Source: Octopus sinensis (taxonomy: Eukaryota). Taken from it: a DNA stretch of 64,000 nucleotides. A program made the position numbers and the translations under genes. The notes beneath the pieces were generated by a model, which did no database searches, was not told the DNA's origin, and was given only the letters and a program-made list of their open reading frames with translations. The stretch lies in assembly GCF_006345805.1 (NCBI RefSeq), contig NW_021834232.1:1-64000 (forward strand). Direction: 5' to 3'. Positions 1 to 11,580 of this stretch are shown here, in pieces (position 1 is the first letter of the stretch; every line of letters starts with the position of its first letter).

Positions 1-19
1 AAAAAAAGGAAATAACTAA

Positions 20-170
20 AGTGTCGCAGACTTGCGGGTCAGTCCCGAAAGACAGACTGCGAATCGAGAGGCAGTTCCCGCGGAGAATGAGACCGATACG
101 CGCTCATCCCCTCCGGGCATTGGTTTTCAATTCGATTTTTTCGCTCAACAGCCGTAACAACTTCTTGCAA
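20..170 (-). mobile_element. CRE-clade retrotransposon RLE C-terminal fragment (second copy about 18807-18960)
   Basis: Minus strand reads KKLLRLLSEKIELKT...ILRGNCLSIR, matching the xRGN C-terminal motif of the other CRE fragments. Confidence 0.7.
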
Positions 171-179
171 ATGTAAGAC

Positions 180-425
180 TTACCGCCTTACCTGCCACCC
201 AGACATTATTCTCTAGGATTTCAGGGAGGCCTCTGAGGGACATTCCTGGGTGTCCGAGAGCTCCTCTCGCCATCCTAAACATGGGCTAGCCGGATTGTTC
301 GTCTTCTGACTTCTAGAGTGCGTCAACGAACTTCTTTCTCCCTGTCCTCTCAGAAGTTCCAGGCATATACGCCATAGGTCAACACGGGTAACACCATGGC
401 GTTAAATAAGAAGTATTTTTGATCA
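180..425 (-). mobile_element. I/Jockey-group LINE ORF2 3' fragment, degenerate (second copy about 18960-19210)
   Basis: Reads FNAMVLPVLTYGVYAW...RRTIRLAH...LPEILEKIMSGWQVRR*, similar to the C-terminus of the LINE at 58017 (FNTVILPGLLYG...VEKAISGY). Confidence 0.6.
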
Positions 426-544
426 AATATATATTTCAGAATTGGTTTCGGAAATTGAAAATGGCATTTATATTTCAGAAATAGTTTTATTTATGCTTTG
501 TAAAAAATGAACATAAAAAGTTTAAAAAGTTTAATTTGATAAAG

Positions 545-1015
545 ATACAGATTATATTTCAATAATTATAAACTATTTTTCATTAATTATTGTTTAATTA
601 TCTTAATTTTAATGGCGAACCAAATAGATTATGACCTTTTTAGATACGTTTTATTTAGTTTGTTGTACTGCTCTATTAATTAGCTTTGCTTTATTTTTGT
701 ATTAAAATGGATTTAGAAGGAATATCTCGTGATGAAGTTTCTTTTAGTGATTTATTTATTTGAAATTTCGTCATTTTTTGTGATATTTCCGATTTATTCC
801 TCTAATCTGTTCTTAAAATTTATATATTTCCTCCCATTTCAAAGTTTTTGACCAGAAGGTCGTTTTACTTGTCTTCTTGTTTTGTATTTTTCACACAGTC
901 AATTTATTATTTCTTCATGCAACCGATTAACCCTTGATGATGTGTTAAGAAACAACGCCTCCTTGTTTCCTAACGTCAGTTTATCAGTGGATGAAATTAA
1001 AAATTCTTTCAAAAA
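545..1015. repeat. AT-rich dispersed repeat (copies about 19330-19800 and diverged about 36530-37020)
   Basis: Shared blocks such as ATAAACTATTTTTCATTAATTATTGTTTAATTATCTTAAT and CACACAGTCAATTTATTATTTCTTCATGC occur in all three copies. Confidence 0.85.
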
Positions 1016-1190
1016 TCCGACTTGTCGAATTCGATATTTGACCTGTTCTATTTATTTTATCAAAAGACGAGGAGTTCTCCATTATCTTGCCTGGATGAAA
1101 TTAAAAATTCTTTCAAAATTCCGACGTGTCGAATTCGATATTTGACTGTTCTATTTATTTTATCAAAAGACGAAGAGTTCTTCATTTATA
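989..1190 (+). repeat. Tandem duplication, 2 x about 104 bp
   Basis: GGATGAAATTAAAAATTCTTTCAAAA...GAGTTCT starts at 989 and 1093 (19780 and 19885 in copy 2). Confidence 0.9.
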
Positions 1191-1773
1191 CTACACTGAC
1201 ATTCAGAAAAACGAATCGATCCGTTTCAAATATTAGAATGAATAATCGGGATAGTTAATTAATGTCATCCGAATATTTGATTATTCACATTCCATTTTGA
1301 ATTGAAAATTGCTTAATGGAAGCAGAAAGAGGTTGCAGTACACTGTTAGGAAACAACACATTATATGCTTCTTCTGTGATTAGTTGTCTTTTACAATTTT
1401 GAAATGCATTCATTTTCATATTTTTGTCAGTTAATAAGATGAGCTTTTTATTTAGGAGTATTTTCTGAATTAAGAGATGTTAAAAGCTTAAATTAGAGAT
1501 TTTAAAAGCATGTAAAATTTAATGGTTAGGGATTATATCTATACATATTAAATTATCAAACAATTATTCAAAATTAAAAAAAACAGGTCAAAACAACCCA
1601 GATTGAATTATTTTAATAATTTTCTTACTGCTGCAGTTCTAGCAGTGATTGCTTTTTCGTATATCCACACACTCTCTGTGGGTAAGGATTACGTAGATTT
1701 ATTCATTTGAAAAATGAGAAAATTATGGATATGAACTGTCGAGTTTTGAACAACATAACAATTTTTTCAGGAG

Positions 1774-3850
1774 TTATAGCCCAGCCGAACGGATTGCTTG
1801 CGTGTTCCCGCACACGATTACGAGCGAGATCTTCTGTCTCAACCAAGAGGACTTGCGAGCTACCATTTTCTTCCGAGCAATGAGGATACCGAGGTCTTTT
1901 ATAAAGCATGAGGTGACAGATGTCTCAAAAGCCACAGGCACGAAGGAATGCCGAGTGGCAAAATTCTTGTACTTTTCTACTTTGCGGGCTTCCGCCAGGG
2001 CCGCGGCCGAGCCGGAAAAAGAAGCAGATGACAATAGGGCGGATGTGGCATCCAGAATAAGAAGGCATCTATCTCATCCGGGCGTTTGCCTTCCCCTCTG
2101 TCCAATCCGGCTGGTTCTAGCACGTTGGGAAAGCCAGCAGCGTTGAGTTCTCTTGAGATTACGTCGTTGATTGCTAATGGCGAGGCGACCGGCCTGCGCT
2201 TCTGCAGCATGAGAGGGGGTGAAGGCCTTTCACGTCCACCGTACCTTCGCATCGAAAGGGATGAGGGGCGCAGACATCAAGCCCCAGCCGAAAAGCAACC
2301 CCGATACGCAGTGTTTTGTTGTCTAAGAGGGAACCCGTCGATGACGTTGGGTAAGCGACGAGCCAGGATCCACTAGCTCGTGTGCTGCAGCAAACAAGCA
2401 CGCTTGGCGGTGTTGGTCCAAGGCCGACTGGAGCGTAGAGAACGAGTGTGCTGCCCAGATCTTGTCCCAATCCTTCTGTCTAGACATCTCAGAAGGGATA
2501 TGAAGGTTGGAGTTGGTTTAGAATTTCAGGAGGTCGGCAGTCGGCAACTCCGGAGAGAGTTCGTTGAAGGGGAGTAGAACCTCCCGGTCAAGTTGACGGC
2601 TTCTGGAAATTGAAAAGAAATTTGCGTGTGGCACCGGATCTTTAGGCGAGCGAATACCGATCCCTCCGAACCTGACGGGAAGTTTTGCTTGGATCTAATT
2701 GATTTTGTCAAAGGAAATGTTCAAAACTGCTTCTGTGCAGGATTTCAATAATTTTTCCAAGGAAGACAGAATGTCTGGATGCGAGTAGCATGGCAGGCAG
2801 CAGAGCGTGTATAGAAGTTTCGGCATATGTATACTGCTTTTCATGAGAAAAAAAGCGATGTGCGAGTCTAACTCCAAGAGTCTGCTTGTGAGGTTACAGA
2901 ATTCCATGCCCTTCTTCGCCAGATGGGCCTTTAGGCCAGATGGGCTTAGAGGGTTTCCAAGAAAGGTTGCTTCTGATGGCTGGGTTGTTTGTGCACCAGT
3001 GATGAAGTCTTAAATGATCATATTGAAATTCGGAAAATCCGCTTCAGGGTAGTTGAGGTTTAGGAGTCCCGATTTATTCACGTTAACTTCTAGGCCAAGG
3101 TTGCGTAAAGCAGGGATTAGTCGGGATAAGTCTTCGTGATGGATTCACACAGAGCCGCCAATGGTCGCGTCGTCCAGGTACCATAAATTGAATGATAAAA
3201 GGATTAATCGTACAGCCTCGTCGATTGCTAAAGCGAATATTAATTGTCCAAGAGGGTCGCCTTGTTGGACTCCAGTTCGGGAACGGATGACTGTATCCCC
3301 AAAGATAAGTGAGGTTTCTTCCCCGTACGAGAAGAAGACAAGCTGGGAAATCTCCGGAGTCCTCTCGGCGCATACCTCCATTATTCGGTCCCTCCTAACG
3401 CTGTTGAAAGAATTCCGCAGATCAAGTTTAACAGCCACGTGAGAATGAAGTAGGGCATCCTTTGAGAGAAAGAGAGTTCGGGCCCCGTGTACGGCAGCTT
3501 CACAGGCGTTTGGGATCCCGACTCCCAGTTGAAATGAAGCTGTTCGACGCTGAGGCGTGGACTGACGTGTCGTGCGGCGGCTTTAGCGGCAAGCCGGCGG
3601 AACAAGTTGCCAACAGCAATCGGACGAATACCGCCGTTTTTTTCCTGAATGCCAGTAGATGAGACGAGAAAAGTAACTTCGTAGCAAAATTCGGGATGTT
3701 CCGCCCAGCAACCGGTTTATAAGTGTGGTGATAGCAGTAAGTAGAGTTTGGCCTGTCTCGGCGGTCGTCGTTTGAGAAATAGGTCTTTTAAGTGCCCTGG
3801 GCGTAGTCCGTCTAGGCCCCACAGCTGCTTTTCCCGAAAGATGAATTGAA
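1774..3850 (-). mobile_element. CRE-clade non-LTR retrotransposon, RT plus RLE, frameshifted with internal deletions
   Basis: RT motifs KLDLRNSFNSVRR, GVQQGDPLG, WYLDD; Zn finger [13 protein letters not shown]; [37 protein letters not shown]. Confidence 0.9.
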
Positions 3851-4029
3851 GAGGTTTCCCCTGAGTTCTAAGAACTGCGCGTTGGGTCATGAATCGTGAT
3901 TTATCCGTGCAACTGAACGTGGCCCTAAGAAGGTGAGGTTGAGGGACTAAAACACTACAAATAACGAAAACGGAAAGCACTTTTTGTTCATAACGATATC
4001 ATAAAAGTAAAAAGATAGCCAGCTAATTA

Positions 4030-4830
4030 AGGCCCACGAGACACCCGGCCAGCCTCGCGAATGGCGAAGCCGTTCCCTCGGATCACAGCATCGACAGACG
4101 TTTCAGGAGCCATGAATACTCTCTTGGATCGTGGCTAGTCCTTGAAATCCGTCGACCGAGCGAGCGAAGGAAGCGGAGTGTCTTGGGGCCAAAGATCCGG
4201 AGGACTCCACGGCAATGAGAGTAAAGAACAGCGAGTTGGAGAGGTGGCCGTACTTGAGAATCTTTCGCTCCTCGGCCTGCCTCGAAGCGTGCCCAGGATT
4301 GGCGGCGGACAGAGCGAGATTTCCCAGCGAGAACGTGTCCGAACAGGTAGAATCCCAAATAAGGGATTTCCCCTGCTCGTATGGGAAGGTGGACATGCCG
4401 TCTGGGCGTTTGCCATCCCCTCTATCCAATCCAACAGGTTCAAGGATTGACGGGATGCCAGCTGAAGCGAGGGCTCTCTGTATGATCGAGTTGAGTTCAC
4501 TGTGACGGGGGGCACGACCGGCACTCCGCCGGCAAGCGAGGGGGTGCAAACCGTACTCGTCAACAGTTCCCCCACAGCGGCAGATTTTCAGCCCAACACG
4601 GAGGGAGATTGCAATTCTTAGGCATTCCTTGTCCACCAGGTTCCTGATGGAAGGGAGAGGGAGAGCCTTTAACCAGACACCGCTGCCTTCGCAGCGACCT
4701 GCACGGAGGCAAGCGACACGGTGTTGATTGGAGACAGGAAGGAGGCCTTCGAAAATTGCCTGACAAGAGATTCGTCCCATTGACGCTGTACAGATTGAGA
4801 ATTGGGCAGCTGCGGCGGAACGAACTATTA
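4030..4830 (-). mobile_element. CRE-clade 3' fragment (Zn finger plus RLE)
   Basis: ORF 4103-4780: [63 protein letters not shown]. Confidence 0.9.
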
Positions 4831-4979
4831 ATTATACTCTTATCTTTAAAAAAAGTGATGATTCAGCTTATTCCATAGAACTATATTTCACATACACGAG
4901 ATTGGTGTAGAAATTAATTAGGGTAATTAATTAGCTGATTCCAACAATCCTCAAGATCTTTCTCAGCTTTTCCCGATGT

Positions 4980-6050
4980 TGGACTCTGGATCCAACCCAA
5001 GTGCGGGACGGGCGGGAAGCATTTTTCCAAGAATGGAAATAATAATTTTCTCGACAGACTTCGACAAGAAATAGAAAATTTAGAGAATAATGAATTTAGA
5101 CAATGATAATATTCTTGACCGGCTTCAGGATATTGAATATTGGCTGATTGAATATTTGTTAAACGAAGAGGAGCATATACTAAATGACAGTGGTGTGAGC
5201 AACAGAATTTAACAGTTGGATCAATTTTTGGAGGAGAAAATCAATTTTTATTTGAACCGATCTAGAAACAAAAGCACTAATTAATTATAATTTTAATTTA
5301 TTCGGATAATTGCTTATTAAATCTTGCAACAATTTTTGAAGTAATAGTATTGGAGCCAACTACGAAACATCATAAACAAGAACTACCAATTAAAAAATCC
5401 AATATCAAACTAGAAAAAAGATTCAACTTAAACCCACTGCCAGGGAAATTCAAATAACAAAATGGAGATTGGTTTGTTATATTCTATCAACTGATTCACA
5501 ACTCCGGCAAATATTTTGAAGGAAATTTACTTTCAACAACCAATGGAATCTTTGCACTTGCAATGGACCCCTCAGTAGAATTCTAACGCAAAGTACCCAA
5601 AAGTTATGATGGATAATCAAGTCCACGGTTTTATTACATACACAAAAAACCACCTACTTTGTATTTTTGAACAGTATTAGCATTACCTTTTAGCCCCTTA
5701 CTATGGATGTTGGAATATGAATGTCATGGGTTCAATTCCGAAAGAAGCAAGTTTGTGTTCCCACCCGTGAAGCAACGACTCCATCTGGCACGACACAGAT
5801 GTAGAAAGAGGATCTCCTACCTTCCCTTGATCACATTACCAATGAAAAATCTCCATTATGTAAAACCCTTCCGAAAAATAATGATGTGCGGTGAGTGACG
5901 GTAGGAGGGTGACAAATGGAAACTGGGCGCACCAGATATTCCCCACCTCTCTTTGGATCCGGAAGGCTGTATTGAAGATTTGGAGGCTAATGCTGATCGG
6001 CACAGAAAGTTCCTTCTTTCTTGGCTTCTTCATTCGATTAGTTAGCTGTT
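4980..6050 (+). pseudogene. Possible decayed host gene of unknown identity
   Basis: Protein-like frames broken by TAA stops and shifts (NFLDRLRQEIE/NILDRLQDIE; NGDWFVIFYQLIH...; APDIPHLSLDPEGCIEDLE). No family recognised. Confidence 0.25.
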
Positions 6051-6149
6051 GTGACTGTTTGTGCTGGGTTTGTTATGCAAACTTGGAGGTTAATAAAAAA
6101 AAAACCACCTACTTTTCATGATGACCTAAAAATATTTTAACGAAAAGAA

Positions 6150-7650
6150 AATACAATGATGAGTATGATGAACGAGGTAAATAATTTCTTCGGAGCCGCC
6201 GGACTAAAAAATGTCGAAAAGTCTGCAACTAACCTGGCTGACCTTCGGTCTGAAGCTAAATTGCTTGATGGGATGGTTACAGATACCTTGGAGTCCTAAA
6301 AGATAGAAGAAGTGAAGTATTGAAAAACAAAGTACTAAACACATTCTTTAAAGAATAAAAAAGAGGATTGACAATCTTTCGAAGACAAAATTGATTTTTA
6401 CAACTTAAAGCCATGAATTAGCACGCATTGTCGCTCTACAACTACTACATTGAGCTCGTCAATATTGAATCAACTGAATTTGAACAGATTGACAAAGTGT
6501 GTGCAATATCTTTATGCAGACAAAGAAAGACTTTATTTCCCAAGAGGTCAACTCGTGTCCACTGTCAATAAAAGTGAACGGATACTTCTCCAATTCATGA
6601 TTTTGAGAAAAAGTCTCGTTACTGCCTAAGGAAAGATGGGATTCTGCGGGCCATTCATGTAAAGAAAAATCACTTGGCCACAATCGCGGAATACCTCCAG
6701 CACAAATACAGCATCCAAGAATCTGGGGACCGTGAATTAAACTTTCTGAGAGAAGTGCAAAAAAACCTCCTGACTGAGCAAATAAAGAAAAAACCATTGC
6801 ATACTATTCTCTTCAAGTATTTGAATGATCTCAACGTCGATATTGATGAATCCGCTCATTGGTTATCTCATAGAAATAACTCCCCGACAACTGAGGGGAT
6901 TCGATGTCTAATACAGGACCGTAACCTATTTGTCCCTACAATGCTGGAACATTGTGCAGTCACTGTAATTCAGCCACGAAGACAGTTGATCACTTAGCGA
7001 CAAGGTGGGATCGAATGCTAAGTATTGAAAGCTTATGAAGACACAACGAAGTAGTGAAGTGTATACATCTGCATTTAGCACGAAATATGGAATTAAGAAA
7101 TCCAGGAGGTTGGAAACTCATTTTGTTCAGTCAGTGGTTGCGAATAACTTTGTGGAGATTCGTGTTAACACGAAAATAAGTACGGACGGATCTGAGGGTC
7201 GGGAATAACAAGCCTGACATCTTTGTTCTAGACAAAACAAAGAACACAATCGAGATTGGGATCACCTCCTAAAAAAATCTGAAACAAGTAAGGTGGAATA
7301 GCCCTATAAGTACGATTTGCTTGCCAGTAAACTGGGAGTAATCAACAACGCAAAGGAAACTATAATACCACTTCTGCTAACGTGGGACTGTGCTATGAGT
7401 AAATTCTGCATACATCACTGCATTCGATTCGTCTCTAAGGACCCGAACGAGCTTACATCAAGTCTGTGATCATCCAAAAAATATTGGAGAGCATGCAAAC
7501 AGAATATAAGTTTGGGATGTGCACATGTAGACCGTCAAGGCAACAACGGAGAAAGTTTCCCGAGTGACCTGCTCTAAAAAGTCAATAAATGTGGCCTTCA
7601 AAGATATTGGCTCAGACTCGAAGAAAAGGATCGACTGAAAGCAAACGCAC
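6150..7650 (+). mobile_element. R4/Dong-like RLE non-LTR retrotransposon remnant
   Basis: NNFFGAAGL..EKSATN..GYRYLG (RT end), ERLYFPR, IQDRNLF, C..C..TVDHLA, HNEVVKCIHL, NKPDIFV..EIGITS, TWD, QKILES; many stops and shifts. Confidence 0.8.
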
Positions 7651-8029
7651 TAATTAAAAAACTAATTTTTTTTGGAAATTAAAAATAGCGATCATCAATT
7701 ATCATAAATAGTATTATGTTTATGGTAGATATGTAGCCTGGCGGATTGCCAAACTGTTTCCCCGGAAAAACTAATTTTATCTGGACTTTTCAATTTTGCA
7801 CTTATAATGTTTGTTTTTTAACAAAATTAAAAAATAATTATTCAAAATTTAATTTTCTATTTAAAAAAGTATAAAAAATAAATTAGGTCAAATAAATAAA
7901 TAGATGAATTCAAACAGAAAAAGCTTCGTTACTGCCTAAGGAAAGATGGGATTCAAGCAGACTGACAATACTAAATGTTATTTATTTAATTTTGTCCTCT
8001 CAATGCTGCCAATGTCAGGCAAGAAAGCC

Positions 8030-8305
8030 TAAGAAAACCAAGCCGGCAAACGGGCTCCGTCCTGGTCACCTTAAAGATCTTATTGCTCCTAACACGAGCA
8101 ACTCTACGTTCATAACACAATTACATCCAGCCCAAATAGGGGTTGTGAAGCGGCAGTTCATGCTGTCCGAACATTCACCGAAAAGAATGAGAACACTCCT
8201 TTCGTAATCGTCAAAATTGACATTAAAAATGCCTTCAACTCGATACGACGTGATACAATTATGGAGAATTGCTTCACATACTACCCATCTGTGTACAGCT
8301 ATATT
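8030..8305 (+). mobile_element. CRE RT fragment, same family as 12070-13890
   Basis: GLRPGHLKDL followed by sequence nearly identical to 12165-12380 with internal deletions. Confidence 0.8.
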
Positions 8306-8534
8306 GGTATTGAGTGGTACATAAAAGTAGGTTGGATGGTTTGCGCCAGGAGTCGGAAATGACTTGTTTTTATTAAACTCAAATATATTTTATTGTATTT
8401 GCTAATCTGACTGCACTCCCCTGCGGCGTCGCTAAAAACCGTATCAAAGAGCGACTTTCAGCGTAGACACCGCTCTAACATCTCATTATATAATTAGCGT
8501 AGTTATCATTACTGTTTTTAGTTGCTGTCCCCGC

Positions 8535-9575
8535 ATGGAAGGTCAACTGAAATGTACCAAATGTAAAGAAGTAATTTATACAAAAAACCCACATTTGCGT
8601 CTAATGGACTCATTTTATCACACTAACTGTCTTCAGTGTTCTGTGTGTTCTCAAGTACTCACTGATGTTTGTTACGTGAGGGACGAGATTTACTGTTTTA
8701 ACGACTATACAATGTTTTATTAAAAACTTAGTTTGTAGGAACTTTAAGTTTTGTCCGTTGTGTAACGTCCAAATTGAACTAAATACATTGGTGTATACCA
8801 TCAAGTCACATATGTATCATGTTGAATGCCTCAAGTGTCGGTGTTGTAATAAAGAACTCAAAACTGGGAACTTCTTTTCCTATGCTGATAAATCCACACT
8901 TTACTGCATGGACCATTATCACAAAAATATATGTTTGGTAATTGAGTTATTTTTAGTAAAAACTGAAAACACTGCGGAATCGAAAAGAAAATCAAAGTCT
9001 CCTAAATCTTGTTCGGAAGCAAATGGGAGTCCTAAAAAGCCTGAATCCATTAGTGAGGAAGTTCAAACCAACCATGAAGCCAACAATAACCTCAAAAAAT
9101 GCAAACAACGTGGACGGAGGACATCAATCAAACCACACCAAATTGAGCTTCTTACAGAATTGTACGAAAGTGAAAGAAAACCATCGCGTCATACATTGGA
9201 AGAAATGACCAAATTGACTGGACTACCAATTCGCGTGATCCAAGTCAGGATGGGGGTCTCTAATGTTAGGTCTGGTTTCAAAACAGGAGGTCCAAGGAAC
9301 GGAGAAACAACCCGAGCAACTCTAGCCTCCTACCTTCCAATCCACCTCCCAGTAACAGAGAATTTGGGGTCTTCAAACATCAGTTTAATCAAAAGCCACA
9401 AATCCTCCAGAATAACAGATCTGGAAATAATTTTTTTTCGTCATTTGTGACCGATAATCAATATTATGGGCATTATCGAAACGAATATTACCCAGAAAGT
9501 ATGTTGAGGAAGCCAATAAATTTAATGCTGTTTCCTCCCTCAATGCATTTCCTAACTCCTGATCAGACATTCTAG
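8535..9575 (+). CDS. LHX1/5: LIM-homeodomain transcription factor, Lhx1/5 type (4 exons)
   Basis: Two LIM domains plus a homeodomain. Introns 8714-8738 (25 nt), 8933-8956 (24 nt, in frame) and 9244-9269 (26 nt). Splicing restores RVIQVWFQNRRSKERR, the Lhx1/5 helix-3 signature. Stop TAG 9573-9575. Confidence 0.88.
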
Positions 9576-10032
9576 TACCCTCCCAATATGCATTTCTACA
9601 GAAATCTTAATTTTTAACATTCTGCTAATCTAATAAATATGTTGTTTAAAATGTTCAGATTGCATTTTTTCTAAGGTTTAGTTTTAGAAATGTTGACCGA
9701 AATGGTTCTCATTTCTCTCCTACTTTCCTAAACTTCCAAACAGTGATTTCGAATTACGCTTCTTCCAGGAGATCAAAAATAATCTTCTTTCCAGGAGTTT
9801 TTTTTAGAGATTAAGGCGTGATCTGCTAATGAATTCCAAGAGATTTTATTTGATTTCCTCCGTGGTAATAACATAAGTTGCTTCCTCAACAAGTATTTTA
9901 TTGACTGTTTAATTAAGTACATAGACAAGTCTGAAATCATAAGTGACAATCAAAAACTCATCAAAACGACTAATCTCGGCGTCTTTGACTAGCCCCCAAA
10001 ATCTGGAAATTTGGTGAATTTTTTGTATTAAG

Positions 10033-10790
10033 ATGTAATCTAATAAAAATAACTCCCGAGGATATAAGGCTCATACTCGTTTCAAAGGTTCACATCGCCT
10101 CTCCGAGCATTAACAAACTAATGGAAATGTACATTTACAGCGCCAACACTGACGGTAACTCACTTTAATGATCAAAAGGGACAAACATAATAAACATTTG
10201 CCTCATGTAGGAGAAAATCCAAATCGCTGCTCGATTGATGGTTTCCATCAAAAACCCCAAAGATATCGTCGCTGTGGGGGAGGGGGACATTCTGGCCCAG
10301 CGAGCAGCTTTCAAGTTTGCCCATTACACTGCCTCTGTCGTCCAAAGATTCACTCGTTCACGAATCTGGGACAGGCTGAGAATGTTTCTTATTGGTAAAA
10401 ACAATTCATTGAACCGCTGGTGTTGGTGGTAGCAAATCCCCAAGTCGACCATCAGTGTATTAAGGAAGATCGTGATTGCTTTCTGTGACAGTGACAACTA
10501 CCCCAATAACATGGATTGTGTTATTCCCTGCAATAACAAGGTTGTCGTTCATAGTTAGTGTGTAGGGGAGAGAGTCTATTAGGTTAATGTGATATTTGTT
10601 GTCCAGAGAGTTCCTCAGAATTAAGGGAGTTCTAAGTAGAGAAAGTCCGTGGGATGTTATGGTGGATATGTTTCTGTACAGACAAGTCGAGGAGACAGAC
10701 CTTTAGAGGAGGTTGAAAACGTGAACGAACAGGAGTCGGATATGCCCTATAATCAGGATGCGTGTCAGTATAATATGAACTTTATTTGGA
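10033..10790 (+). pseudogene. RPSA: 40S ribosomal protein SA (uS2) unprocessed pseudogene
   Basis: ITPEDIRLILVSKVHI..MEMYIY..DG, EKIQIAARL, QRAAFKFA, EPLVLVVANPQVDHQ, IPCNNKG, PWDVMVDMFLYR. Introns 10155-10178 and 10541-10565. Stops at conserved Trp positions (TAG 10208, TGA 10590) plus frameshifts. Confidence 0.85.
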
Positions 10791-10969
10791 TTCCAGTTTT
10801 TTATACTCTAGGTACCTTCCGCAATGGAAGATCCCAATTGGCTTAAAAATTTTATCTGATTTCAAATAATTTGGAGCATCCGAAATAAACAAGAAGAAAT
10901 TTTCTTTTCAAACTAAATTATTTCAAACTTCATCGTCGACAATCTGAGTAATGATGTTCTTGTTAAAAG

Positions 10970-11580
10970 AAGATGTTCTCAAACTGGCCGACTTGTCATT
11001 AAATACAGCCCGAACTGTTTCCGCAGCTTCGCCTGCGGCACTCTCGCCTATTCCGCCCAAGAGTTAGTCCTGGGACGATCATATGACGGATTCAAGGTGG
11101 GTGTTGGAAGTGTTCTTTTACCATATGATTAGTGGATCCTTCATCTTCCCGAGGACACTGCAATTGTCACTGTGGCCACCCTACACATTCACTTCGATAT
11201 CACTGACACGTGCTCCTCCAACCCGATCCCCACACCAGACCGGGTGTCGACCGAATATATCAATTTGAGTGGATAGAGTAACCGACTCCTCACCATTATC
11301 CTCAGAAAAAGTTACTTTATCCTGCCTTCGACCGTCTTTCAGTCACAGAGACAGAACTCCGGGCCAAAGATATTGGTAGTTACTGACAGTCCACGATGAA
11401 TAATTTGCTATCAATTCAAAAGTCGTCTTTTTGGAATCTCCTGCAAAGTCGACCCCTCCCTCTCCAAAGGCAGGGGAGACAGCCGTAGCCGTAAATACCT
11501 TAATTCATCGCGAATGTGAGTGCTAAGGGAAACGTCCCCAGCCAACAAAGCATCGCCAAATTCTTCAATTTTGAGACCCC
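10970..11580 (-). pseudogene. GC-richer decayed reading frame of unknown identity (paralog about 63650-64000)
   Basis: About 195 codons in one frame (MGLKIEEFGDALLAGD...GGIGESAAGEAAETVR) with about five stops. TAA at 11064-11066 is CAA in the paralog (63702-63704). Confidence 0.45.

Larger units (their letters stand above)
1..3850. repeat. Segmental duplication copy 1 (partner 18788-22649)
   Basis: Near-identical to 18788-22649; ORF track repeats at offset 18797. Differences are mostly 1-bp indels. Homology ends at ...GAAAGATGAATTGAA (about 3850). The left boundary lies outside the window. Confidence 0.95.

Noticed and set aside
540-1000. Alternative genetic code (TAA/TAG = Gln), suggested by protein-like frames with many TAA here, at 5340-5690, 9700-10010 and 24100-24490
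   Set aside because: CYB5R uses CAA for Gln and ends FVY-TAA. SAC3, CNOT10, Lhx and the 846-aa LINE ORF have no in-frame TAA/TAG. Decay and AT richness explain the pattern.
989-1190. CRISPR-like array
   Set aside because: Only two adjacent units, no unique spacers, eukaryotic context; no other array seen.
1680-1773. Spliced-leader RNA gene as CRE target (GGTAAG plus T-run; also 3900-3990)
   Set aside because: No convincing Sm site or leader, and the sequence is not shared at other CRE junctions.
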